From a virus (lineage: Duplodnaviria; Caudoviricetes): DNA of 59,055 bases. Under the pieces are notes generated by a model that ran no database searches, had not been told where the DNA came from, and saw nothing but the letters and a program-made list of their open reading frames with translations. The DNA lies in the IMG/VR virus record IMGVR_UViG_3300037961_006162, positions 1 through 59,055 of that record. One strand, 5' to 3'. Positions within the stretch are counted from its first letter, which is position 1; every line of letters starts with the position of its first letter. Made by a program: the position numbers and the translations under genes. Shown piece after piece: positions 1-10,023 of the stretch.

Positions 1-1
1 A

Positions 2-283
2 AGTAATTTTTATTGGAGTTGTATTTGCAATACTTACAAATCCTCCAGTTGCAGTTGCAGAACCATTTACATGTAATGGAGTTGTTGGTTGTGTAGTGCC
101 AATACCCACAGAAAATCCACTACCAACAATAACATCAGATTGAACTTTACCTCCAATTGTGATATTTGTACTAATCGCAACATTTGGTGCATTCAGATTG
201 AGAGCAGTTGGACTTGTTATCTTAGGAGTGCCGGAGGAACCAATCAGGTTTATCCTCTTCACACCAAAATCTCTATCAGCCAT
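2..283 (-). CDS. Fibre-like virion protein, N-terminal part (runs off the window edge); paralog of 2393..3544
   Basis: Hand translation MADRDFGVKRINLIGSSGTPKITSPTALNLNAPNVAISTNITIGG... aligns with MADKSFGVRQLNLIGIGTPTIESSDTINLDAPTVAISTNVTVGG; late promoter just upstream; not in the ORF track. Confidence 0.8.
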   Translation of the reverse strand, partial: MADRDFGVKRINLIGSSGTPKITSPTALNLNAPNVAISTNITIGGKVQSDVIVGSGFSVGIGTTQPTTPLHVNGSATATGGFVSIANTTPIKIT

Positions 284-297
284 ATGTCTTTTTTAGT

Positions 298-304
298 TAT
301 TTAT
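298..304 (-). promoter_or_regulatory. T4-like late promoter (ATAAATA)
   Basis: ATAAATA 14 nt upstream of the ATG at 283; same leader as 3555-3571. Confidence 0.65.
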
Positions 305-305
305 T

Positions 306-2393
306 TTAGTATGAAAAATCAATACCTTCAATTGCTACATTGTTAATTGAAGGAGACTCACCACCACTATATGGGTTGTATAATATTCTTGGAGCTGCAC
401 CCCTTAGGTTCGCATTACGTAAGGTGTATAAGGGGCTAGAAACTCCATACGGAGTATACCAGTAATTTTTGGTTGTTGGATCATTAAATGGCGAAAACCA
501 ACCATACGTATTTAAATAGTTATTCTGCTTTGCAGCTTCATCATCAGTAGTCCCAATTCCTACAACAGTAGCATTATCCTGAACCCAATTTTTAACTGAT
601 CTAGAATCTGCATCTGGATTTACTTCCAAATATAATGCGATGACTCCAGTTGCAACTGGAGCAGCAGCAGAAGTTCCACCAAAGTTATTATCATAAAATC
701 TAGTATCATCAATACGCACATAATCATCATAACCAGCATTAATAGCAGTTTGACCTGCTGCTAGTACAGTTTCTCCAGGTGCCCAGATATCAATACCGGG
801 ACCATTGTTTGAAAAATATGCTTTGTACTCATCACCTTTATAACTGGTCGATCTAGCCATGGCACCAACACATATGACAGGATGAAAGTCTGTTTTTTCA
901 TCAAACCCTATTCCAGAAGGATGCATCCAATCTCTATGTCCAAATGGACTAACGCCCGATATACCTTGAAATGAGAAAGTACCACCCCATGGATCATCAT
1001 TAGTTAGGTAGTCCAAACGATGAGGATCATTTGCACCAATTCCCATTCTTTGATTTTGATTTCCTCCCGAAGCAACAAAGATAACACCTTCTGCCATCAT
1101 CTCATCAGCAGCAGTATCGGTTGAATTTGAATGGGAGGCAGTTAAGAATTCCTTATAAGTGGTGCCAACAACAGTATAAAAATCAAGACCTCCAACTGCC
1201 GCAGTAATTCCAGCACCTGTTATGGAAGAAAGTGCACTACTATGTGCACTGCTAGTAGCAAAAGTGCCAGCTATACCCGCAAAACTAAAATCTTTGTAGT
1301 AACCACTATTATAACCATGAACATTCATATATCCCTTATAACTCCAACTACCATTAACAATTGTTGGATTTTTTTTGCCAGTTTCTGGATTGATTGGTTT
1401 ATACTTATGAAAAAGTTTCATCATATCATATGCTACTTCAGCTTCAAAACTTCCACTAAGAGCATTTATACTCCAAATGTTTGCTTCAAAAGCACTACCA
1501 AAGTTATTACCTGCCGCTAAAGATGCACATGAAGTTCCATGCCCAGCGGCCATAGCATTAGTACCATCCGTATTTGATCCCAAAGAGTTGTTCTCAGTAT
1601 AATTCCAAACACCACCACCAACTACCTGTGTTATATTTCCAATTCCAGAAAACTGTGCAGATCTATTATTTGTAAACCACCACCAATATTTGGCATCAGT
1701 TGTATTAATTCCTATACGACCATCAGATTTTGTATAAGTTTTATTATTTGTTGTAAAATAATCTGGATCAATATAGAATGGACCATCAAGAAGAATATCT
1801 CTAACTCTCGATTGTCCATTTGCATCCATAAACTCTGGATGATATTGTAAAACTCCGGTATCCATAATAACGAGATCTACATTTTTTCCAGTAGCTTGAT
1901 AATCTATATCCCTTTGAACAGAGTTACTAGCAGGATAAACCATAAGTGGCTCACCCGCCACCGCAGTGGGATCACATGCACCAGCGTTGGCACTAAAGTC
2001 TATAACACTTCTATGATTTACTCTTGATACACCCCAATTACTTCTATTCTGTTCATTCTCGTAGTCAGGATTACTACCCGCCTGCCATGGGGGAGACGTT
2101 CTATAAAATTTTGTACATCTTTTAAACCTTTTTGCATCAATTGATGGTTTTGGATATAAATCTGGATAATGTTCAGGAGATAATTCGATCCATTTAATAT
2201 GAGGATGTGTAGCAATTTCTGCTGCTTCTTCCTCAGTCAATTCATATGTTCCTCTTGTAGGACTGTGTTCTTTACAATCACTACATGTTACTTGTCTATC
2301 GGGAATACCATCTTGATTAGAATCTACGATTAATGCATTGTGAATTTCAGACCAGTATTCTGGATTTGTAACTGCCAACGTATATTTTCTCAT
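306..2393 (-). CDS. S8 subtilisin-like serine protease with I9-like propeptide
   Basis: Catalytic motifs VIMDTG (Asp), HGTSCASLAAG (His), ASGGN (oxyanion Asn), GGTSAAAP (Ser); propeptide-like LTEEEAAEIATHPHIKWIE. Confidence 0.88.
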   Translation of the reverse strand: MRKYTLAVTNPEYWSEIHNALIVDSNQDGIPDRQVTCSDCKEHSPTRGTYELTEEEAAEIATHPHIKWIELSPEHYPDLYPKPSIDAKRFKRCTKFYRTSPPWQAGSNPDYENEQNRSNWGVSRVNHRSVIDFSANAGACDPTAVAGEPLMVYPASNSVQRDIDYQATGKNVDLVIMDTGVLQYHPEFMDANGQSRVRDILLDGPFYIDPDYFTTNNKTYTKSDGRIGINTTDAKYWWWFTNNRSAQFSGIGNITQVVGGGVWNYTENNSLGSNTDGTNAMAAGHGTSCASLAAGNNFGSAFEANIWSINALSGSFEAEVAYDMMKLFHKYKPINPETGKKNPTIVNGSWSYKGYMNVHGYNSGYYKDFSFAGIAGTFATSSAHSSALSSITGAGITAAVGGLDFYTVVGTTYKEFLTASHSNSTDTAADEMMAEGVIFVASGGNQNQRMGIGANDPHRLDYLTNDDPWGGTFSFQGISGVSPFGHRDWMHPSGIGFDEKTDFHPVICVGAMARSTSYKGDEYKAYFSNNGPGIDIWAPGETVLAAGQTAINAGYDDYVRIDDTRFYDNNFGGTSAAAPVATGVIALYLEVNPDADSRSVKNWVQDNATVVGIGTTDDEAAKQNNYLNTYGWFSPFNDPTTKNYWYTPYGVSSPLYTLRNANLRGAAPRILYNPYSGGESPSINNVAIEGIDFSY

Positions 2394-3544
2394 CAGCTCA
2401 GTTCCTCCCTCCTGTAACTATAAGTAACAATTCCATTAACTCCAGCCTCCGGTGTAAACTGAAGTCGAACAGTACCACTACTAAGTGTTGCACCTACAGA
2501 AACTAAGAGATCATTACTATGCATGATTCCATATTCTTCTGAATATGCATTTGTTCCATCATCCATAACAAGAACTCTTTGGGATTGAATACCAGATGTA
2601 TGTTGGAAAAATAGTATATATTCTGTATTTACATAAGTAGAAGCATTATAAGTGTTTAGTTGGTATGTAACACCTGCGGTAACGTTCATGTTACCATTAG
2701 CCTCAGTTCCACTAGCAGAAGCTGCAAAAGTTATGCTATCACCACTTGCATTTGTGGTAATAGTCATCCGATTACCAGCAACAAGGGTTAAAGTATCTGT
2801 AGCACTATCAGCAACTACATCACTTTGACCAGAAACTGAAATAGTTTTAAATGCTTCAGAAACACTTCCACCTCCTCCACCACCAGTGATGTTGATTGTA
2901 GAAATACCTGATGAAGGAGAAGTGATTGTAGATATGCCTGCTCCTCTAAAGTCAAGGAAGGTAACTCCAAATCCTACATTACCGCCTGATGTTTTAATAC
3001 CAACACCAGATTGAGGTAGTCCTGTCAGTGCAGAACCATCACCACTAAAACTGGTTGCTGTACAAACACCAGTGATATTAATTCCACCAGTTCCATTAAT
3101 AAGTTTCGAATTGAGATCTAAGTTTCCACCAAGTTGTGGTGTAATATCATCTTTAACCTCAGATATACCAGTATCTGCTGTATCAGTAGAAATTTCAACA
3201 GTCACAACAGCACCAGAAATTGTGGCAGTTACACCAGTTCCTACAAAATTAATAGTTTGTGCAGTTCCAACAGCAGATGTATTAGACTGAATTCCTACAC
3301 CAGATCCTACTGCCGTAAGTCCACTCAGTTGAGAACCATCACCATAATATTTTGTTGCACTAATGGTTCCAGTGGAACCATACATTGTAATTGCAGATCC
3401 AACAGAAGAAATACCACCAACAGTAACATTTGTGCTAATCGCAACAGTTGGTGCATCTAAATTTATTGTATCAGAACTCTCTATGGTCGGAGTACCAATT
3501 CCTATTAAATTTAGTTGCCTTACTCCAAAACTTTTATCCGCCAT
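2393..3544 (-). CDS. Tail-fibre-like structural protein with conserved ~85-aa C-terminal domain
   Basis: G/T/S-rich fibre modules (ATSFSGDGSALT, TPQLGGNLDLN); C-terminal domain shared with 6904..8505. Confidence 0.7.
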   Translation of the reverse strand: MADKSFGVRQLNLIGIGTPTIESSDTINLDAPTVAISTNVTVGGISSVGSAITMYGSTGTISATKYYGDGSQLSGLTAVGSGVGIQSNTSAVGTAQTINFVGTGVTATISGAVVTVEISTDTADTGISEVKDDITPQLGGNLDLNSKLINGTGGINITGVCTATSFSGDGSALTGLPQSGVGIKTSGGNVGFGVTFLDFRGAGISTITSPSSGISTINITGGGGGGSVSEAFKTISVSGQSDVVADSATDTLTLVAGNRMTITTNASGDSITFAASASGTEANGNMNVTAGVTYQLNTYNASTYVNTEYILFFQHTSGIQSQRVLVMDDGTNAYSEEYGIMHSNDLLVSVGATLSSGTVRLQFTPEAGVNGIVTYSYRREELS

Positions 3545-3562
3545 TAGACATACGTTTTTAGT

Positions 3563-3569
3563 TATTTAT
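3563..3569 (-). promoter_or_regulatory. T4-like late promoter (ATAAATA)
   Basis: Overlaps the stop of the upstream S8 gene, 18 nt before the ATG at 3544. Confidence 0.65.
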
Positions 3570-6500
3570 TTCATCACAATACGAGTAGACCCATTAAAGG
3601 TCAATCCATTACCACTTATAAATTTAACACTGTCTAATTGTTGTGGGATGGGAGAAAAATATATCCTTTTCTGGTTGTCTATGGCGTTGGTGGGGCCAAT
3701 ATTACCCGGATGGCCAGTGTATTGGTTTTCGTAATCAATACGATCATCATCCAAAACTATATGTATTCCTGGCCATATGTGTGCGGGGGTTCCAACTCCA
3801 TCACCATAAAATGTATCATTTACTGATTGGGGAAGTCTATTGGGACTTATAGTAAAACTCATGGTGGGGTTATTATTAGTAAAAGTATGATAACTTGGCA
3901 GGGTTCCAAGGAGATCATAGTCTTGTTGGTATATCAACTTATACCAATTCATGTATATTTTCAGACCCTCAACGTCGCTACCGTTGGCCCTTAGTGTGAA
4001 AGTTGCTGTAGTGCCAACTGTTATATGTGTTGGGTATGAATCCCAGGTAAATACTGGATCAGCAGTATTATCATTAATGATAACATTATTACTTGTCGCC
4101 AATACTGATCCACCAAATTGAGGACGTATTCTCAAATAAAGCGATTCGTCTTCTACTGTATGATCTTTTACAGGTATTACATTAATTGTTCCCACACCAG
4201 AACTAACTGTTACTATTCCAGAACTTGTACTAACTGTTCCATTTGTGATAATACCTGCAGTAATAGATGATTCAAAATCATATGGTCTGTTAAGATCCCA
4301 ATATAAATTTGTGCCATTAGAAAAACTTGGTGCAGATATCTCAAAAGTTCCCGTGGAGCCTTCATCAATAGATGTTGGAGTTGTTGTGAAAGTTACTGTT
4401 GGAGCATCAGAATCAACAATTGTAATGTACTTGGATGTTGCAAGAACAGTATCTGCAATTCCAGTACCTGTACGAACTCTAATCCTAAATGATTCTTTTG
4501 TTAACTCTTGCGTGGAATCAGTTGCAATACCTAAAGATATGGTTCCAATACCACTTACTACATTAAAACTTCCAGTCAAAGAATTAGAATCAAAGTCAGA
4601 TGCACTAATCGTTGAAGCAACACCAACATCAGTCGTGTAGTAATATATTCCATCAAAAGCATCTGTAGTTACTGCAATTTCTACAGTATCTCCTTCCGTA
4701 GGAGTGTGGTTACTTATAGATAATTCAAATGCATTATTTGGTTCATTCCCAGTAGGTTTATCCCATGCAATATATCCTGGATGTCCCTGCATACTGAAAT
4801 AATATCCAGAGTAGTTATAAGCATTTGCAGTTGTTGACTCAGTTCCATAATGAAAATTGGAAGAAGATATAGTTCCAAGTCCAACTATCCAACTTCTTAT
4901 ATCACTATAATCCCAAGATCTGTTATATTGCATCTTGGTGGCAAGAAGTCCAACAAATATAGGACATGCTGAACTAGTTCCGCTGAATGTATTATCATAA
5001 GACTTTATTGAAATCTGCCCATCGGTAGTATAAGTATGATCATATCTATGATATGCTCTGCCACCGAATCCTACTCTCTGGGCATAAAGATCAGAAGCAG
5101 CAAGGGTGTCGTGAGCTGCTGCAAATACATCCACTGCTTCTCCCATATTACTATAACTTGTTCTTCTTTCTTTAGTAGTAGCATCCGAATCAAAAGAATA
5201 CTGATTACTCATACTATCAAGAGCACCAACAGATATAGTTTTATATGTATAAGGAGAAGATGATGTAATTATTCCAATTTGTCCCGGGAATCCTTTTCTA
5301 TTAACAGCATGAGAATATTGAATGCCATACATGGAAGTGTAAGTATAATTAGTAGACTTAGCATCTTCTAAAGCAGTATAATTTGAACTTGCAAAATAAT
5401 TATTGTAGTCTGGATGATCACTGTTAACCTGTTTTTGATTTCGGTTTCCAGCAGCATGTACAAATATCACTCCAGAATCACATAGTTCTTCTCCTGCTTC
5501 TATTACACTATTATCGGTATCATAAACAATATTATATCTACCACCCATAAAATTATCTAAAAATTCAGGTCTAGTACCTGACGTATAAGCTATTCCAGCA
5601 ACCGTTCCATCAGTTGCTGATGGTCTAAACCAATAATATCCAGAAGAAGATGGACTTAATCTATTAGACCAACTATTACTCGATATTGTTGGATCTTTTG
5701 TTCCGTATGTTGGATTAATTGGTTTTATTTGATGAAATATTCTTTGAAGATCAAATCCAGTTTCCCACCCATTATGATTGTCTCCATATAAGTTCAAAAA
5801 CCACTTATTGGCATTATATGCCCATCCATATTGTCTTCCATATGCCTGTGAGGCACAAGGTGTTCCATGATATCCAGTTGCAGTTTGGCGTCTCCGATCA
5901 CTTCCATTGCAGCTTGATCTAGTGTATTGACCATCAATTGATAATGTTCCAAAATCATTATCGCCAGTAGCACTTCCACCATTCCCACTACTTACAAATT
6001 TAGCAGACCTATGACTGGTGCTATCGTTTTCCCACCACTCATGCGCTGCTAGGTCAGTAGGAACAATAGTCCCATCCCATCTTTTCATCAATTTTGATGG
6101 ATTGGCATTAAAAAAATCTGGATCAAGATAATAAGGAGCGTCTAAAATAAGATCTAGTAGATCACATGTTCCATTACCTGGAAGTACATTTCCACCTCGA
6201 TAATTTATTGGTCCTCCAAGATGGTTTTGAAATTCAATGTGGCCAAACCACATGTCTTGGTCACAAACAATTATATCAACATCACTTCCATCTCCATATT
6301 GGGCGATTCTATTATTGAAAATTGTTGCAGCAGTATTTCCAGAGCCAACCCATGGATCTTCTTGTTCCATGTGTCTTAATAACTGATAACCTCCTCTGTT
6401 TTTAAGATCACTACCTGGAAGTTTATCAGCGTCATCTGAAGTAGGAAATATACCCCACTCATAGCCATCGAAAGTGCTTATCTGTTCCCAAAGGTCTCTT

Positions 6501-6907
6501 TGATGTTTAACTTTGGTGGAATAACGATATACTTTAGTTGCATCTGCAATATCATCTGGATTATCCATAAAGGTTCCAGGATATCTTGCAGCATTTATAT
6601 TAACGTATCTAACCCTTGGATGATTTTTTAATTCTTCTGCTTCAGAATCCGATAGTAAATATATTCCTCTCCTAGGAGCATGTCTACAATCGTTACAACA
6701 TTCACAACAATGATCTGGAATATTATCTTCTAGTGTACCATCTTGCATCAATACTTCATGAATATATTGCCAATCTTCGGCACTATGACAACCAACATAA
6801 TATTCTTTTTTAGCATCTGGATCAGTTGGAACTTTTTTTAGAGTATCCTTAAACTGAAGAAATGATTGCTCCCTAATCTCATAATTTAAACTATTAGTCG
6901 TAATCAT
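3566..6907 (-). CDS. S8 subtilisin-like protease with Cys-rich propeptide and C-terminal Ig/Calx-beta-like repeats
   Basis: IIVCDQD, HGTPCASQAYG, HAAGN, SGTSSACP motifs; two ~110-aa repeats ending VLATS.xI.I.D. Confidence 0.85.
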   Translation of the reverse strand: MITTNSLNYEIREQSFLQFKDTLKKVPTDPDAKKEYYVGCHSAEDWQYIHEVLMQDGTLEDNIPDHCCECCNDCRHAPRRGIYLLSDSEAEELKNHPRVRYVNINAARYPGTFMDNPDDIADATKVYRYSTKVKHQRDLWEQISTFDGYEWGIFPTSDDADKLPGSDLKNRGGYQLLRHMEQEDPWVGSGNTAATIFNNRIAQYGDGSDVDIIVCDQDMWFGHIEFQNHLGGPINYRGGNVLPGNGTCDLLDLILDAPYYLDPDFFNANPSKLMKRWDGTIVPTDLAAHEWWENDSTSHRSAKFVSSGNGGSATGDNDFGTLSIDGQYTRSSCNGSDRRRQTATGYHGTPCASQAYGRQYGWAYNANKWFLNLYGDNHNGWETGFDLQRIFHQIKPINPTYGTKDPTISSNSWSNRLSPSSSGYYWFRPSATDGTVAGIAYTSGTRPEFLDNFMGGRYNIVYDTDNSVIEAGEELCDSGVIFVHAAGNRNQKQVNSDHPDYNNYFASSNYTALEDAKSTNYTYTSMYGIQYSHAVNRKGFPGQIGIITSSSPYTYKTISVGALDSMSNQYSFDSDATTKERRTSYSNMGEAVDVFAAAHDTLAASDLYAQRVGFGGRAYHRYDHTYTTDGQISIKSYDNTFSGTSSACPIFVGLLATKMQYNRSWDYSDIRSWIVGLGTISSSNFHYGTESTTANAYNYSGYYFSMQGHPGYIAWDKPTGNEPNNAFELSISNHTPTEGDTVEIAVTTDAFDGIYYYTTDVGVASTISASDFDSNSLTGSFNVVSGIGTISLGIATDSTQELTKESFRIRVRTGTGIADTVLATSKYITIVDSDAPTVTFTTTPTSIDEGSTGTFEISAPSFSNGTNLYWDLNRPYDFESSITAGIITNGTVSTSSGIVTVSSGVGTINVIPVKDHTVEDESLYLRIRPQFGGSVLATSNNVIINDNTADPVFTWDSYPTHITVGTTATFTLRANGSDVEGLKIYMNWYKLIYQQDYDLLGTLPSYHTFTNNNPTMSFTISPNRLPQSVNDTFYGDGVGTPAHIWPGIHIVLDDDRIDYENQYTGHPGNIGPTNAIDNQKRIYFSPIPQQLDSVKFISGNGLTFNGSTRIVMK

Positions 6908-8505
6908 AATACACCTCTTCTTACAAATCTATATGTTGTTAATCCAGTGCTCCCAGCATATTGACTATCTCCATCAGCAGTGGCTGCAAGCTCAGGAACT
7001 AACGATATTGAACAAATACCACTACTTGATGTTCCACTTATATAGAAGAAGGGTCCAGTAACTGAAGTAACTTCTGGTGATGTTTCATACATAACTGCAT
7101 ATTCTGATGTGTATATGTTAGATCCAGTCTGCATAACTAGAGTCTTTTGTGCTTGAATACCTGCAAAATTTTCAATATGAATCATATATTCATAAACTTT
7201 GAAGTCCACATTTGATGTATTTGTATCGATGGTGTCAATTATAGTTCCTACACCAGCATTAACAATATATGTACCAAATCCAGTTGCAACACCATATCTA
7301 TCAACCTGTAATGTTGATCCGGGATTTGTAGTGCCAATACCAACATAAGATGCGGTGGTATGAATACCAGAATTTGTCTGATCGTTACTAAAATATCCAG
7401 TGCCTCCACCACCTCCTGTTATTTCAACAGTGGCAATTCCTGCAGAAATTGTTGTAGTAACTCCTGATCCTACAAAATTTATAGTTGCTGCTGTTCCTAC
7501 ATTTGACCCTTCGTCCTGAATAACAACACCACTACCTGTTCCAGTAACATTGGTTAGTGCAGAACCATCAATTGCAGGTAGTGCTCCTGTTAATTGTGAT
7601 GAAGGGAGATTGGTTAAATTAGCACCAGAACCACTAAATGATGTTGCAGTTAAGATACCAGAAATAGAAACATTACCACCATCATCTTCGGTTAAACCAT
7701 CCGAATCAATTTTTTTGGCTTTTAAATTCTTTAAATTATTACTACTATCACGAATTTCAAGATCCCCAGTATGAATATTTCTCTTTAACTTTGTATCGCC
7801 AAGTTTAATTTCATTCTCATTAGGATCAAGAGTAATGGTTCCAGTACCAATAGAAAGAATACCAGTAACTCTTGCGTCACCATTGACAACTAAATCTTCT
7901 GTGAAGTATCCAGTATCAACTCCTACATGAAGTTCTGTGGTAGTAACAACACCAACAGATAATCCAATACCACTTATATTACCTAAACCAAGAACATCAT
8001 CAAGTGTTTGGGTTGAACCGCTTCCGACACTTCCACTTCCACCATTAAACTGAACCCATTGGGCAGAAGTGCCTCCAGCACCAACACCATCATCATAATA
8101 TACATGACCAACAGCAGTGTCACTATTCCACCAAAGATCACCAGGATTAGGATTACTTGGAGGATTATCGCTGATAGCAACTGTTCCACCAACACCAGTC
8201 AGTGCTGAACCATCTCCAGCAAATGCAGTTGCAGTTACTGTACCATCAACATCTAGTTTTGTGGTAGGTAATGTGGAGCCAATACCAACATTACCAGCAG
8301 TGAAATATGCGTTATATGTATCTGTTCCCGTACCAACTCTAAAAGGGTTGATAGCAATAACTGTGGTTCCAATACCTACATTTTTGGATGCGTAGAGATA
8401 TCCATCATAGGTATTAAGAGCTATTTCGCCTAAAGGAAGTTGGTCTGATGTTGGAATCTTTCCTTGTACCGACGACCTTTTAAGCCTAATCTTTGGGTCT
8501 GCCAT
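6904..8505 (-). CDS. Tail-fibre-like protein (Mtd-type N-terminal anchor)
   Basis: N-terminus IRLKRSS...LPLGEIALNTYDG; GNVGIGST repeats; PSNPNPGDLWW motif. Confidence 0.7.
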   Translation of the reverse strand: MADPKIRLKRSSVQGKIPTSDQLPLGEIALNTYDGYLYASKNVGIGTTVIAINPFRVGTGTDTYNAYFTAGNVGIGSTLPTTKLDVDGTVTATAFAGDGSALTGVGGTVAISDNPPSNPNPGDLWWNSDTAVGHVYYDDGVGAGGTSAQWVQFNGGSGSVGSGSTQTLDDVLGLGNISGIGLSVGVVTTTELHVGVDTGYFTEDLVVNGDARVTGILSIGTGTITLDPNENEIKLGDTKLKRNIHTGDLEIRDSSNNLKNLKAKKIDSDGLTEDDGGNVSISGILTATSFSGSGANLTNLPSSQLTGALPAIDGSALTNVTGTGSGVVIQDEGSNVGTAATINFVGSGVTTTISAGIATVEITGGGGGTGYFSNDQTNSGIHTTASYVGIGTTNPGSTLQVDRYGVATGFGTYIVNAGVGTIIDTIDTNTSNVDFKVYEYMIHIENFAGIQAQKTLVMQTGSNIYTSEYAVMYETSPEVTSVTGPFFYISGTSSSGICSISLVPELAATADGDSQYAGSTGLTTYRFVRRGVL

Positions 8506-8517
8506 CTATTCCTCAGT

Positions 8518-8550
8518 TGGTATATACCATTTTCCTAGTATATACTAGGA
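8518..8550. repeat. Two tandem perfect palindromes with GTATATAC core in a 5' UTR
   Basis: TGGTATATACCA (8518-8529) and TCCTAGTATATACTAGGA (8533-8550). Confidence 0.8.
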
Positions 8551-8560
8551 GTGTTAATGA

Positions 8561-8567
8561 TATTTAT
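8561..8567 (-). promoter_or_regulatory. T4-like late promoter (ATAAATA)
   Basis: Intergenic, upstream of 6904..8505. Confidence 0.6.
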
Positions 8568-8572
8568 CGTTA

Positions 8573-9271
8573 TTAAATCCCGTATCTTCCTCTGAGTGCA
8601 TTAAAGTTTTGTTCAATTTCTGCAGTTGTCAATGCTTTATTATCATATGCTTTTATACTGGCAATTTTTCCATTAAATCTTTGATCAAAACTTAAAGTTT
8701 GATTGAACATACCAATACCAATAGCAACAGTGCTCCCATACAATGAGGATGACGGATTTGATGAGTGAACTTCAGTTTTATTTTGATACATTTTAATAGT
8801 TGTTCCATTATATGTTACAACCAATTGATACCAAGTAGAATTAGAAAGTGCAGTATCCGATGCAATTGTAACCGCACTGCTTCTAGTAGATGATGTCCAA
8901 TACACAAACCTAACTTTACTATCACTATTTGTTACTTTCCATTGCCATCCATTACCATCATTATTCCCCGAATCTTGTGTAAATAATTGCCCTTCAGTAC
9001 CGTCATGAGAATTTCCTGTTCTATTAATCCACATTTCCATACTAAAACTTCCTCCAGTAAGGTTTATTCCTGAAAGAGTATTATCAGATGTAGAAGTTAT
9101 AGTAAATGATTCTCCAGTATTGTGAGTATTATTTGATATTGAAGCATTATTAGAGGAACCACTAAGATCTGTCCATGTGGATCCACTACCACTATAAGAT
9201 TTTGTATTGGCAGCATCAAGACATAATACAAGATTATCAGTAATTATTTGTGGTGAATGTCCGAGTCCCAT
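8573..9271 (-). CDS. LamG/concanavalin A-like lectin domain protein
   Basis: LCLDAAN...WTDLSG; FSMEMWI; WYQLVVTYNG; ALTTAEIEQNF. Confidence 0.8.
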   Translation of the reverse strand: MGLGHSPQIITDNLVLCLDAANTKSYSGSGSTWTDLSGSSNNASISNNTHNTGESFTITSTSDNTLSGINLTGGSFSMEMWINRTGNSHDGTEGQLFTQDSGNNDGNGWQWKVTNSDSKVRFVYWTSSTRSSAVTIASDTALSNSTWYQLVVTYNGTTIKMYQNKTEVHSSNPSSSLYGSTVAIGIGMFNQTLSFDQRFNGKIASIKAYDNKALTTAEIEQNFNALRGRYGI

Positions 9272-10023
9272 TAGAGTCCAAACCTCGCTTTATAAACATT
9301 GAAATTTTGTGACACTTCTGTTGCGGTTAGTGCCTTATTGTATATCCGAACAGTAGATAAGTATCCATTAAATTGAGAAGCATCTTCGGATGGTATAGGA
9401 TTTTGAGTGGTCATTCTGTACCGACCAAAATCAGTAACTATGGAATCTGGAAGTGTATAACTTCTAGTCTTAGTTCCCTGCAAACTATTATTAAGATAAA
9501 AATTTACATTAGAACCATCCCAAGTACCAACAAGATGATACCAGGTATTGAGTGAAACTGTACTAGAAGTATCAATGGTGCCAGAAGCAGCGCCACCTAA
9601 TCTGAACTGAATATAATTACCAGAAGTTTTAAAATCAAATCTTAAACTACTTCCACCACCTTGAATTATAAATGAACTATCACCATCATCTCCAGTCATA
9701 CTAGTAAGTCTTACCCATGCCTCTAGAGTTAATGAATTATTTGCATAAAATCCTGTAATGTTTCCACATTCAAAACGATCATTATATCCATCAAAAAGAA
9801 AAGAACCATTACCAACACTACTAGAATAAGTAGGACCATACTTGATTGCATTATTACCTGTGGTTAAATTGAACCAAGTAGTTCCAAATCCACCATTAGA
9901 TAAAGAACTTGAAACACCTGCATCAAGATTCAATAAAAGATTGTCTTGAACTACTGCTTGTTTGGCAGCAAATGTTGGATTGGAATCAATCCACCATCTT
10001 TGTGGTCCAGAAATGATAGCCAT
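9271..10023 (-). CDS. LamG/concanavalin A-like lectin domain protein
   Basis: LTLEAWV; WYHLVGTWDG; RIYNKALTATEV. Confidence 0.8.
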   Translation of the reverse strand: MAIISGPQRWWIDSNPTFAAKQAVVQDNLLLNLDAGVSSSLSNGGFGTTWFNLTTGNNAIKYGPTYSSSVGNGSFLFDGYNDRFECGNITGFYANNSLTLEAWVRLTSMTGDDGDSSFIIQGGGSSLRFDFKTSGNYIQFRLGGAASGTIDTSSTVSLNTWYHLVGTWDGSNVNFYLNNSLQGTKTRSYTLPDSIVTDFGRYRMTTQNPIPSEDASQFNGYLSTVRIYNKALTATEVSQNFNVYKARFGL

